Of a DNA stretch of 44,272 bases, positions 36,552 to 44,089 are shown piece by piece. Made by a program: the position numbers and the translations under genes. Under the pieces are notes generated by a model that searched no databases, was not told the DNA's origin, and worked only from the letters and a program-made list of their open reading frames with translations. The stretch is taken from contig CAZZPM010000002.1 in assembly GCA_964655535.1 (NCBI GenBank), forward strand, positions 1 to 44,272, written 5' to 3'. Position 1 is the first letter of the stretch; every line of letters starts with the position of its first letter. Source of the stretch: an uncultured Pseudomonadota bacterium (GTDB taxonomy: Bacteria > Babelota > Babeliae > Babelales > CAZZPM01).

Positions 36552-37073
36552 CTATCGATCAACTTGATCAAACCCAATTTCAATCGGGGTCAAGCGACCA
36601 AAAATACTCACCATTATAGTAAGACGCTCATGTTCTTCATCAACTTTTTCAATCATTCCAGAGAATCCAGAAAAAGCACCTTGATTAATATGAACCATAC
36701 TTCCCACCATAAAAGAAGCTCGCTCACGCGCTAACGCAATTTCACCACTTACTTGCGCCGTAATACGTGCAAATTCGCGATCCGTTAACGGCATTGGGCT
36801 AGCTCCACCTAAGAAACGAGAAACGCGCGGCACCGAAGTGACCAGCCGATGAGCTTCACCAGTCATTTCCATATTCACGAGGACATATCCAGGAAATATC
36901 TTTTCTTTTTGCATTGCTGCATCTTTAGAAAAACCACTCGCAACATCTCCCGTAGGCACCATTACTTGCCCAAAAAAATCTTGCATTTCCTCTTCAACTA
37001 TGCGCTTTTCCAAATCAATGCGCACAAGATCTTCATATCCTGTATAGACCTGTACAATATACCACCGCTTCAT
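36552..37073 (-). CDS. nusG: Transcription termination/antitermination factor NusG
   Basis: The sequence has KRWYIVQVYTGYE, FPGYVLV and a KOW-like C-terminus. GGAG lies 5 nt before ATG 37073. Confidence 0.9.
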   Translation of the reverse strand: MKRWYIVQVYTGYEDLVRIDLEKRIVEEEMQDFFGQVMVPTGDVASGFSKDAAMQKEKIFPGYVLVNMEMTGEAHRLVTSVPRVSRFLGGASPMPLTDREFARITAQVSGEIALARERASFMVGSMVHINQGAFSGFSGMIEKVDEEHERLTIMVSIFGRLTPIEIGFDQVDR

Positions 37074-37139
37074 AGGCACTCCATCAAAAAATGCCCCAAA
37101 TCACTCTGAAGCATTTATCGATCTTAATTTTTTATACAT

Positions 37140-37331
37140 TTAAAATAATCTTTTTAACACTGCCCCAAAAAAGGCATCCATCCCACCCAAAATGATTGCA
37201 AAAAAAAGAATGAGAATACAAACCACTAGTGTCGAACCAAGAAATTCATCTCTTTTTGGCCAAATCATTTTACTAAATTCAAGCCGCACTTCCGACAGAA
37301 AAGAAAGTATTGAACTCATTGCATGCCCCAT
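37140..37331 (-). CDS. secE: Preprotein translocase subunit SecE (short form)
   Basis: The single-TM protein reads EVRLEFSKMIWPKRDEFLGSTLVVCILILFFAIILG. It lies between tRNA-Trp/rpmG and nusG. An alternative start is at 37319. Confidence 0.75.
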   Translation of the reverse strand: MGHAMSSILSFLSEVRLEFSKMIWPKRDEFLGSTLVVCILILFFAIILGGMDAFFGAVLKRLF

Positions 37332-37367
37332 GTAATTATTGTTATTTAATTATTACCACAGTATTAC

Positions 37368-37444
37368 TGGCAGGCCAGGAGGGACTCGAACCCCCAACAA
37401 GCGGATTTGGAGTCCGCCGCTCTACCAATTGGAGCTACTGGCCC
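37368..37444 (-). tRNA. tRNA-Trp (anticodon CCA), CCA encoded
   Basis: Hand fold: acceptor GGGCCAG/CTGGCCT, anticodon arm GCGGA-CTCCAAA-TCCGC, T loop TTCGAGT. Confidence 0.9.
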
Positions 37445-37466
37445 ACTCTCTTTTTTTCATACAAAA

Positions 37467-37625
37467 CTATTTTGTTTCTTTATGCACATGGTGTCGACGA
37501 CATTTTGAACAATATTTATTCAAATGCAACTTACCATACGCTCTATTTTTTGCTACACGCTTGCTGTAGTTACGCATTCCGCATTCGCTACACTCAAAGT
37601 GAACAATGATTCTATTCTTTGCCAT
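37467..37625 (-). CDS. rpmG: 50S ribosomal protein L33
   Basis: This 52-aa ORF is below the track cutoff. My translation is MAKNRIIVHFECSECGMRNYSKRVAKNRAYGKLHLNKYCSKCRRHHVHKETK, which has the CxxC...CxxC L33 zinc ribbon. It occupies the classic rpmG-secE-nusG position. Confidence 0.85.
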   Translation of the reverse strand: MAKNRIIVHFECSECGMRNYSKRVAKNRAYGKLHLNKYCSKCRRHHVHKETK

Positions 37626-37742
37626 AATTTTCTTATCGTCTTTACTACATTGAAAACAGACTACTACTAAGTTCTTATTTTAATACCATTTTAAAAAAAC
37701 ACAATACATAAATGAAAATTCAGACCAAGACATGGAGCCCAC

Positions 37743-37818
37743 GAACGGATTCGGACCGGCGACCTCTCCCTTACCAAGGAAGTGCTCTACCAACTGAGCT
37801 ACGTGGGCAACATAAATA
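37743..37818 (-). tRNA. tRNA-Thr (anticodon GGT), CCA encoded, with an atypical T arm
   Basis: Hand fold: acceptor GCCCACG/CGTGGGC, anticodon arm CTTCC-TTGGTAA-GGGAG. The T arm GCCGG-TCCGAAT-CCGTT carries a C at position 55 and a C-U mismatch. Confidence 0.8.
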
Positions 37819-37828
37819 TGGAGCTGGC

Positions 37829-37903
37829 AACTGGACTTGAACCAGCGACCTGCTGATTACAAATCAGCTGCTCTACCACTGAGCTATGCCAGCCTCTAAA
37901 ATG
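37829..37903 (-). tRNA. tRNA-Thr (anticodon TGT), CCA encoded
   Basis: Hand fold: acceptor GCTGGCA/TGCCAGC, anticodon arm GCTGA-TTTGTAA-TCAGC. The short variable loop rules out Tyr. The T loop is TTCAAGT. Confidence 0.85.
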
Positions 37904-37911
37904 GAGCGGGA

Positions 37912-37987
37912 AACGGGGCTCGAACCCGCAACCTACAGCTTGGAAGGCTGTCGCTCTACCAATTGAGCTATTCCCGCGTTATTTCTT
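37912..37987 (-). tRNA. tRNA-Gly (anticodon TCC), CCA encoded
   Basis: Hand fold: acceptor GCGGGAA/TTCCCGC, anticodon arm ACAGC-CTTCCAA-GCTGT, T loop TTCGAGC. Confidence 0.9.
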
Positions 37988-38274
37988 ATTCATTGTACAA
38001 AACAAATCAATTTTTAAGCTACACTAGACTAGATAACTGACTTTAACAAAACTAAAAACACTTTTTCCTTAACTATTTAAAATGCTTTCAGTTAGTCACT
38101 TGTCTGGCGATACCGGCCTACCTACATTTTTTTTAGAACTTCAGCGAGACATCTCGCTAACTATTCGTCGTCGCTTACAACTATGCCGGAAACGGTCTCT
38201 AGCTTTCTATACTTATAGAAAGCTTATTCCCTTAAAGACGGTTGCTTGCCGAGCGCATCTTAAAAAGCGAAGCC

Positions 38275-38359
38275 TGGTGGGGAGGACAGGATTCGAACCT
38301 GTGAAGGCTGAGCCAACGGATTTACAGTCCGTCCCCTTTAACCACTCGGGAACCTCCCC
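38275..38359 (-). tRNA. tRNA-Tyr (anticodon GTA), class II, CCA encoded
   Basis: Hand fold: acceptor GGGGAGG/CCTCCCC, anticodon arm ACGGA-CTGTAAA-TCCGT, long variable arm TGGCTCAGCCTTC, T arm ACAGG-TTCGAAT-CCTGT. Confidence 0.9.
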
Positions 38360-38517
38360 TTATACAATGTCACTTTTATTTCAAAAATTTCAAAAACATT
38401 ACGCATTATTTTTTTATCAATTGCACAATAACTGCTTAAATAGCATATCGCTTTATAAGAAGATTTCAACTTTTTTTTATAAAAAAAATCATTTTTTGAA
38501 AAAAAACAAAATAAAGC

Positions 38518-38967
38518 TTATACAATTTGTATTCTTATCTCTCTCACTGCATGACTATCAAGTAAATATGACAAATATATTTTCATAATACTCTGTTTTT
38601 TCTTTGTCCCTATTAAGGTCTTCTCTACCACCGATGGCCACTCGATCAACGAAAGCGTTCCCGGAGCGCCTATCTGCTCATGCAAGCCCAATTCTTCAAC
38701 CTCAGACAGATGAGACAATCGATACAAATCAAAATGCTGCAATAGAACATCAGTCCCTTGATACAAATTCAGATAATTAAATGTTGGACTTGTAACCACT
38801 TGATCAGAACCTAAAAGAGCAATTATTCGCTTAATCATCGTTGTTTTTCCGCTCCCTAGTGTTCCAAAAAATAATATCACAGAAATTGCTTGCGCATGAG
38901 GTAAAATAAGCCGCTTAATTACCTCATCAATCTCATCAACTCCATATATGGAACTTTCTTCATACAT
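38518..38967 (-). CDS. tsaE: tRNA threonylcarbamoyladenosine (t6A) biosynthesis ATPase TsaE
   Basis: The P-loop is FGTLGSGKTTMIK, followed by VTSPTFNYLNLY and HFDLYRL, the typical YjeE/TsaE signature. Confidence 0.8.
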   Translation of the reverse strand: MYEESSIYGVDEIDEVIKRLILPHAQAISVILFFGTLGSGKTTMIKRIIALLGSDQVVTSPTFNYLNLYQGTDVLLQHFDLYRLSHLSEVEELGLHEQIGAPGTLSLIEWPSVVEKTLIGTKKKQSIMKIYLSYLLDSHAVREIRIQIV

Positions 38968-38983
38968 TGCTCAAGTCCTTCAC

Positions 38984-39601
38984 TTATAATTTTTTTATTA
39001 TATCCTGTAGTATATCTTTTTTTTTACCTTTTTTCATAGCAGCTTTTTTTTCATCATCTTCATTTTTTTCAGGAACGCTCATACTTGCCATACTCATTAA
39101 AAAATCAAGATCACCAAAAATATTTTGTGCATCAGTATCATCATATTGCTCGAATTTCTTAAGACCATGAGAATACGCTATATTATTTTTATGCTCAATT
39201 TTTGATTGCCCAATCGTCTTACAAACAAGCTCCCAAAAAGCTTCGCTTTCCATAACAATTGCAGCCGCATGAAGTGCATGTATACGCGCTATTAATTTTC
39301 GATCATTGGTAACCATCACTAACTCTTTTTGCTGATACTTCTTAACCGCATCAACCATTGCATCATCAGCACTCATTCGTGTTCCCGCATGCATAACAAT
39401 AACATTATTTTTTACTTCACGAGTCATATGAGTAGCCGTGCCTCCGTCAAAAAAAATAATTATTTTATTAATTGATGTTTTCTTTTCATTAAAATAAGCG
39501 CCTATACTTTTTATAAACAGATTTTTTTCTTTAAAAAATTGTTCTCCACGACCAAAAAAAAACAACTTCATTACATTATATCCATCAATAAAAACAATCA
39601 T
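38984..39601 (-). CDS. YacP/Rae1-like NYN-domain ribonuclease with a Lys/Glu-rich C-terminal tail
   Basis: The blocks MIVFIDGYNVM, IIIFFDGG, SADDAMVD and VMVTNDR parallel B. subtilis YacP (LVDGYN, VVFD, TADERI, VATSD). AGGGGA lies before ATG 39601, and that start avoids overlap with the upstream gene. In Bacillus, yacP also lies close to rpmG-secE-nusG. Confidence 0.65.
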   Translation of the reverse strand: MIVFIDGYNVMKLFFFGRGEQFFKEKNLFIKSIGAYFNEKKTSINKIIIFFDGGTATHMTREVKNNVIVMHAGTRMSADDAMVDAVKKYQQKELVMVTNDRKLIARIHALHAAAIVMESEAFWELVCKTIGQSKIEHKNNIAYSHGLKKFEQYDDTDAQNIFGDLDFLMSMASMSVPEKNEDDEKKAAMKKGKKKDILQDIIKKL

Positions 39602-39651
39602 ATATCCCCTTATAAACCCCACTTTATTGTACAATATTTTCAAGGGACTCT

Positions 39652-40458
39652 TTACATCAAACAAATCATCATTGATAAAAATAATAACAACAGACTCCAA
39701 CCGAAATCCCACCAAAACATATGTGCTTCAAAAAAAGAGCCTCCACCCCAATATAATCCATATAAAAAAAAAGAGCTTACTATAAAATAGTATTCCATTC
39801 GAAACAAAAACAGATACAGAATACTCAAAATCAAAGGAATAATAATGATTCCAAAAGCCTCATGAAAACTATCGATTTTGATTTTTTTTTTTTGCTCATT
39901 AACAACAATTGATTTTTTCGCTCCTTGAAACACGAAATCATTTTTCTTTACCAATGATTCATCAAAAATAATCGATCTATCAACAACTCCTTGCACACTC
40001 CGTTTCCAACTTTGTATATCAGGTTCATATATCCAATTAATTAAATGCTTTTTTTTACCTTGCATTAAAACTGTCCGTGCTTCTAAACGTTTTTCCAAAA
40101 AATAGTCATACCAAAAATAATGTCCCTGAAAAAAAATTATTCCAAGGATCATCATTATCAATAACAAAGGACGAATAAACAAAAAATAAGAGCCATGCAA
40201 TAATAAAAACTTTTCCCATTCATGATAATACTGCACAACATAAAACCATAAAATGGTTGTACAAAAAAGAACGATTGAAAATCGATCAAAAAGCAAAAAC
40301 AAACAATGATACCATCCATACAAAGCTATTCCATCAAGCCCTTGCATACTTTTTTCAAAGCAATCAATAGCAAGATATAAAAATAAAAAACCAGATTGTA
40401 TCAACAAAAAATAACTAAAAAAACGATATACTAAAAATTTTTCAAGCGGCTTGATCAT
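39652..40458 (-). CDS. LptF/LptG (YjgP/YjgQ) family permease-like membrane protein, short form
   Basis: The N-terminus MIKPLEKFLVYRFFSYFLLIQSGFLFLYLAIDCFE resembles the LptF/G start (M..LdRYi.reflk.f......f..l.li.dlfe). The layout is six hydrophobic segments with a loop of about 90 aa between TM3 and TM4. I assigned the family from memory only. Confidence 0.45.
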   Translation of the reverse strand: MIKPLEKFLVYRFFSYFLLIQSGFLFLYLAIDCFEKSMQGLDGIALYGWYHCLFLLFDRFSIVLFCTTILWFYVVQYYHEWEKFLLLHGSYFLFIRPLLLIMMILGIIFFQGHYFWYDYFLEKRLEARTVLMQGKKKHLINWIYEPDIQSWKRSVQGVVDRSIIFDESLVKKNDFVFQGAKKSIVVNEQKKKIKIDSFHEAFGIIIIPLILSILYLFLFRMEYYFIVSSFFLYGLYWGGGSFFEAHMFWWDFGWSLLLLFLSMMICLM

Positions 40459-41086
40459 CCAATGGCCCAATATTTTTTGGATGAATAACGCCACAAGAAA
40501 TAGTCATTTTTATCGCATCTTCAAATGAAATATTAGTTACTATTAATTGCGATTCAAGCACAAAAAGCATAAAGCCTGTCGTAATATGTGAAGTGGGCAT
40601 AAAAACTTTCACCATCTTTTTTCCCTGAGCACTTGGAATCAACGCTCCAATATCATCAACCTCTCCTAACAAAAACGCTATTTTATACATATTTTTCGCT
40701 GGATATTCAACCAGAACAACTTTCCTTTTAAATTCAGGATGACGTGGCGCATCAAAAAAATCGACCATTGTTTTTACACTCGCATAAACAATCCGCGCAA
40801 GAGGAATTTTATGTATAATTTTTTCCAACAAATGCACAAGCGGCGTTATAATCAAAAAATGAGCAAGCAATCCTATCATCAACAAAAAAACAGCAACCAG
40901 ATATAGTTCTGCCCCAGGAATATGTTGCAACCAAACCGGCTCAAGAGCGCGCAGTGGTTCTAACATATGCAACGATGTTCTATATAAAAAACGTAAAACC
41001 CAAAATGTAACTGTCACCGGCAACAAAGTAAAAAGACCATTCAAAAAAAGACGCTTCAAAAAATCAAATCGTGATTTCAACCACAT
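40442..41086 (-). CDS. DUF502-family membrane protein
   Basis: The N-terminus KRLFLNGLFTLLPVTVTFWVLRFLY, a second TM segment and a soluble C-domain fit the typical DUF502 layout. Confidence 0.6.
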   Translation of the reverse strand: MWLKSRFDFLKRLFLNGLFTLLPVTVTFWVLRFLYRTSLHMLEPLRALEPVWLQHIPGAELYLVAVFLLMIGLLAHFLIITPLVHLLEKIIHKIPLARIVYASVKTMVDFFDAPRHPEFKRKVVLVEYPAKNMYKIAFLLGEVDDIGALIPSAQGKKMVKVFMPTSHITTGFMLFVLESQLIVTNISFEDAIKMTISCGVIHPKNIGPLDDQAA

Positions 41087-41103
41087 ATCCCCCCCTTTTT
41101 TTA

Positions 41104-42447
41104 TTAAAACGAATTTTTCAACAATGCTACTGCTTGTTCATTGATTCTATACGCAATAAGATCATCAACATGTTCTGTGGTCACCCGAATCACCGGCTCA
41201 GTTCCTGAATATCGAACAATCATCCGACCAGGACTAATTTCTTGATGTAAATCTTGTAACATTTGATAACAAGACAACTCCTCAAGAGGAATTTTATATG
41301 AAACCTTAACCACTTGGTGCACCTGCTTAAAACGAACAAAACTTTGATCAAACGATGCATATTTTTTCACAATTGTTTCTAATATTTTTATTGCAACAAA
41401 CAATCCATCTCCAGTTGTTAAATAGGGCTTAATAATAAGATGGCCTGAGGGCTCTCCACCCAACAAAGTTCCCATTTTTTGTAATGCGCAAGCAATATAT
41501 TTATCTCCCACCGGTGTTCGAACCAACTGAATTGATCGTTGCTGTAAAGCTTGTTCAAATCCAACATTGCTCATAATAGTTCCAATAACAAGTCGCTGTG
41601 ATTGAAATAGGGGATGCGATAAAAGCAAGTAAAGCATATCATCGCCATCGCGAATACTTCCCTTTTCATCAACAGTAATAACACGATCACCATCACCATC
41701 AAAGGCAAAACCCAATAATGCTTTTTCTTCAAGCACTTTTTGCGCTAATAATTCTGGATGAAGCGCGCCTGCTTGTTCATTAATATTGGTACCATTTGGC
41801 TCTGCATTCATAACTACAACTTTTTTCACAAATCGCTGTAAAACATCAACTGCTACTGACGAAAGAGCTCCATGAGCGGTATCAATAACAATAGTTGCAT
41901 CAACCCAAAAATCTTTTTCAATCTGTTGTAAAATCCATTCAATGTACGCAGCCTTCCAATCAAAAAACTGACGCAAAGAAAACGAATAATCTTGCACCAA
42001 ATAAACAGATTTTTTCCTTACTTCTTCATAATATGAAAGAATCATCTGCTCATCATGTTCATTAATTTTATCTCCATTTGATCCAAAAATTTTTATTCCA
42101 TTATCATAATAAGGATTATGTGATGCTGAAATCATAATTGCTGCATCAACTTGTGGCTGACGAACCATCCACCACGACAAAAGAGGTGTCGGAATAACGC
42201 CAAGATCAACAATTGAAATCTGACCTTGCATAGAAAGACCTCGAGCAATCGCATGCTTAATACGATCAGCAGAAAGACGTGTATCATATCCTATCATAAT
42301 CGATATCTGTTCAGAACGACTTTTTTGCATCATCCATCGATATAAAGCTTGACCCAAAGCATCCAATGAATCATCCAAAAATGGCCACTCATCTGCATGC
42401 CCACGAATTCCATCTGTACCAAATTTCAATATTTTTCGCATTACCAT
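41104..42447 (-). CDS. glmM: Phosphoglucosamine mutase
   Basis: The motifs are FGTDGIRG, the active-site SASHNPYYDNGIKIF, the metal loop FDGDGDR, and GGEPSGH. Confidence 0.9.
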   Translation of the reverse strand: MVMRKILKFGTDGIRGHADEWPFLDDSLDALGQALYRWMMQKSRSEQISIMIGYDTRLSADRIKHAIARGLSMQGQISIVDLGVIPTPLLSWWMVRQPQVDAAIMISASHNPYYDNGIKIFGSNGDKINEHDEQMILSYYEEVRKKSVYLVQDYSFSLRQFFDWKAAYIEWILQQIEKDFWVDATIVIDTAHGALSSVAVDVLQRFVKKVVVMNAEPNGTNINEQAGALHPELLAQKVLEEKALLGFAFDGDGDRVITVDEKGSIRDGDDMLYLLLSHPLFQSQRLVIGTIMSNVGFEQALQQRSIQLVRTPVGDKYIACALQKMGTLLGGEPSGHLIIKPYLTTGDGLFVAIKILETIVKKYASFDQSFVRFKQVHQVVKVSYKIPLEELSCYQMLQDLHQEISPGRMIVRYSGTEPVIRVTTEHVDDLIAYRINEQAVALLKNSF

Positions 42448-42653
42448 GAACTTTCTCTCTTATCAATAAATTATGAAATATACAGCTATCGCAGCATCTT
42501 TTACCCTATCATGTCCACCACAAGAACTCAATAAGCCAGATCTTTTGCTCAAGGGAAGAATTTAATGTCACAAAAAACAACCTAAAAAGCAAACAAAAAA
42601 TATATTGATAAATCTACTATTTCTGTTAGATTGAAGATCTAAAATATGTTTAT

Positions 42654-42700
42654 GCAACAGACAAAAGGGTGGTTACCCTCATAAGGGACCCACATGTTGC
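42654..42700 (+). promoter_or_regulatory. Candidate structured 5' leader of rpsB
   Basis: The nested helices are GCAACA/TGTTGC, GTGG/CCAC and CCCT/AGGG, about 40 nt upstream of the rpsB start. A possible TTGATA-16-TAGATT promoter lies at 42605-42632. Confidence 0.3.
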
Positions 42701-42736
42701 TAGAAAAAAATAACCCTCCTATCTTAAGGATTTTTT

Positions 42737-43612
42737 ATGTCACTTGATTTAAAACAGATGTTACAAGCCGGTGTTCACTTCGGACACAGAACCTCCAAGT
42801 GGGATCCACGCATGAGACCTTTTCTATGGGGCTCAAATAAAGGAACTCACTTAATCGACGTTTCAAAAACTGCATTCCTTCTTGAAAGAGCAGGAAAATT
42901 TGTTAAAGAAGCGGTCACTAAAGGTGGTTCTTTATTATTCGTAGGAACCAAAAAAGCAGCACAAGCATCTATTGAAAAAGCAGGCAAAACATTGGGCATG
43001 CCTTACACCATTCATCGATGGGTTGGTGGCACATTAAGCAATTTTGAACAAGTAAGAAAAGCGATCACTCGTTATTTACACTTGCAAGATGTTGTTAAAA
43101 AACCTCTTACTCATTACAAGAAAAAAGAAATCGGTACCATCAACAAAGAAATTGAACGCCTTAACAAAAATATTGGTGGCATTGTCGATCTTGATTTCCC
43201 ACCAGCAGCAGTTGTTATCGTTGATGCAAAAAAAGAATCAACCGCAGTTAAAGAAGCATCTCGTCTTGGCATTCCAATTATTGCAGTCGTTGATACTAAC
43301 ACTGATCCTTCAGGTATTGATTATATCATTCCTGCAAATGATGACTCTCCTCGTTCAATCGCGTTTGTTCTTGATTATCTTATCAACAGGGCACTTGAAG
43401 GAAAACAAGCTCAAGAAGAATATAAAAAAGCAAATCCTACTCCTGTTGTAAAAGCAGAATCAATGGACACAAGAAACAGTGCACCTCGCTCAACAACACG
43501 TCGTCCAAAAAAAGTTGAAGCTCAACAAATAGCTGAAGCAACAAGTCAACTTGAAGAAACAACAACAACTGTAGAAGCAGCATTGCCTGAATCAACAGAA
43601 GAACAAAACTAA
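42737..43612 (+). CDS. rpsB: 30S ribosomal protein S2 (with a polar C-terminal extension)
   Basis: The motifs are MLQAGVHFGHRTSKWDPRM, LFVGTKK, DVVIVDAKKE-like VVIVDAKKESTAVKEA, and IPIIAVVDTNTDP. AAGGA lies upstream of the start. Confidence 0.95.
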   Translation: MSLDLKQMLQAGVHFGHRTSKWDPRMRPFLWGSNKGTHLIDVSKTAFLLERAGKFVKEAVTKGGSLLFVGTKKAAQASIEKAGKTLGMPYTIHRWVGGTLSNFEQVRKAITRYLHLQDVVKKPLTHYKKKEIGTINKEIERLNKNIGGIVDLDFPPAAVVIVDAKKESTAVKEASRLGIPIIAVVDTNTDPSGIDYIIPANDDSPRSIAFVLDYLINRALEGKQAQEEYKKANPTPVVKAESMDTRNSAPRSTTRRPKKVEAQQIAEATSQLEETTTTVEAALPESTEEQN

Positions 43613-43625
43613 AAAAATAAAAAAA

Positions 43626-43660
43626 AGAAGAGTCATAACACTAACGTGGCTCTTCTTTTT
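43626..43660 (+). terminator. Rho-independent terminator of rpsB
   Basis: The stem AGAAGAGTC / GGCTCTTCT (9 bp with one G-U pair) is followed by a T5 run. Confidence 0.6.
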
Positions 43661-43695
43661 GATCATTACTTTGAAATCATTTCAAAAAATTCTAC

Positions 43696-43787
43696 GGAGA
43701 GATGGCTGAGTGGCTGAAAGCGCACGATTGGAAATCGTGTATATCCTGAAAGGGGTATCGAGGGTTCGAATCCCTCTCTCTCCGCCA
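43696..43787 (+). tRNA. tRNA-Ser (anticodon GGA), class II, CCA encoded
   Basis: Hand fold: acceptor GGAGAGA/TCTCTCC, anticodon arm CACGA-TTGGAAA-TCGTG, a long variable arm, T arm GAGGG-TTCGAAT-CCCTC. A T6 run follows immediately. Confidence 0.9.
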
Positions 43788-43873
43788 GATTTTTTAGCGT
43801 TAGCGCCTCTCAAAACCCCAGTATTTGTGGGCTTTTCAAACTTCTCGTCTAGCGTCAGACCCGTACCTCACTT

Positions 43874-43916
43874 TCTCCATTTTTGCCATTTTACCCCTAA
43901 AATCTCCATTTTTGCC
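43874..43916. repeat. 14-nt direct repeat TCTCCATTTTTGCC, two copies 29 nt apart
   Basis: The exact copies are at 43874-43887 and 43903-43916. A third partial CCATCTCC follows at 43921-43928. On the minus strand the repeats read GGCAAAAATGGAGA. Confidence 0.6.
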
Positions 43917-43958
43917 CTCTCCATCTCCGATACATGCGAACACTCCGGCTGAAGGTAC

Positions 43959-44006
43959 GCATGTCCCAAAATACTCTATTTACCTGGGTTTCACATGCAT
44001 TTTTTA
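43959..44006 (+). terminator. Terminator-like hairpin downstream of tRNA-Ser
   Basis: GCATGTCCCA (43959-43968) pairs with TGGG...ACATGC (43985-43998), followed by ATTTTTT. The hairpin is enclosed by the 9-bp inverted repeat ACTCCGGCT (43942-43950) / AGCCGGAGT (44016-44024). Confidence 0.4.
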
Positions 44007-44060
44007 GAGAACGAAAGCCGGAGTAGCGATTGGCATTCGAAACGGAGAATAACTTTAGGC

Positions 44061-44089
44061 TTGACTCATATAGTAAACTCGCATACTAT
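44061..44089 (+). promoter_or_regulatory. Candidate sigma70-type promoter for the SRPBCC gene
   Basis: TTGACT (44061-44066), a 17-nt spacer, then TACTAT (44084-44089), ending 27 nt before the ATG. Confidence 0.4.

Noticed and set aside
34473-37109. Several 74-154-aa plus-strand ORFs inside rplL, rplJ, rplA, rplK and nusG.
   Set aside because: They are mirror-frame artefacts antisense to highly conserved ribosomal and NusG genes. For example, the Ala-rich rplL hinge reads as an Ala run on the opposite strand.
37626-37742. Absence of tuf between tRNA-Thr(GGU) and rpmG, where many bacteria carry it.
   Set aside because: tuf may simply reside only in the str operon elsewhere. The 117-nt spacer shows no tuf remnant, so this is a gene-order variant rather than an anomaly.
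38181-38200. A GCCG-GAAA-CGGT tetraloop hairpin, considered as SRP RNA domain IV.
   Set aside because: The flanks lack the conserved symmetric and asymmetric loop motifs (an AGCA 3' side, a GGAA-type context) on either strand.
38082-38588. A 168-aa plus-strand ORF.
   Set aside because: It runs antisense straight through tRNA-Tyr and into the tsaE 3' end, and it has no RBS. The region is better explained as non-coding.
42473-42565. A 30-aa sORF, MKYTAIAASFTLSCPPQELNKPDLLLKGRI, with a lipoprotein-like N-terminus in the glmM/rpsB spacer.
   Set aside because: It has no RBS, the lipobox is imperfect (TLSC) and the mature part would be very short. There is not enough evidence to call it a gene.
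43445-43612. A polar or acidic C-terminal extension of about 55 aa on ribosomal protein S2.
   Set aside because: Low-complexity C-terminal tails on S2 are common across bacteria, so this is not distinctive.
43710-44007. Two overlapping plus-strand ORFs (80 and 60 aa).
   Set aside because: The first starts inside tRNA-Ser. Both are Pro/Ser/Phe-rich read-through of the C-rich non-coding block and lack an RBS.
43925-44040. Weak resemblance to 5S rRNA motifs (ATACATGCGAACAC against CCGAACAC, and GGAGTAGCGATTGGCA against GAGAGTAGG...GCCAGGCA).
   Set aside because: I could not build helix I or the helix IV/V hairpin. The intervening sequence is too long, and there are no adjacent 16S or 23S genes.
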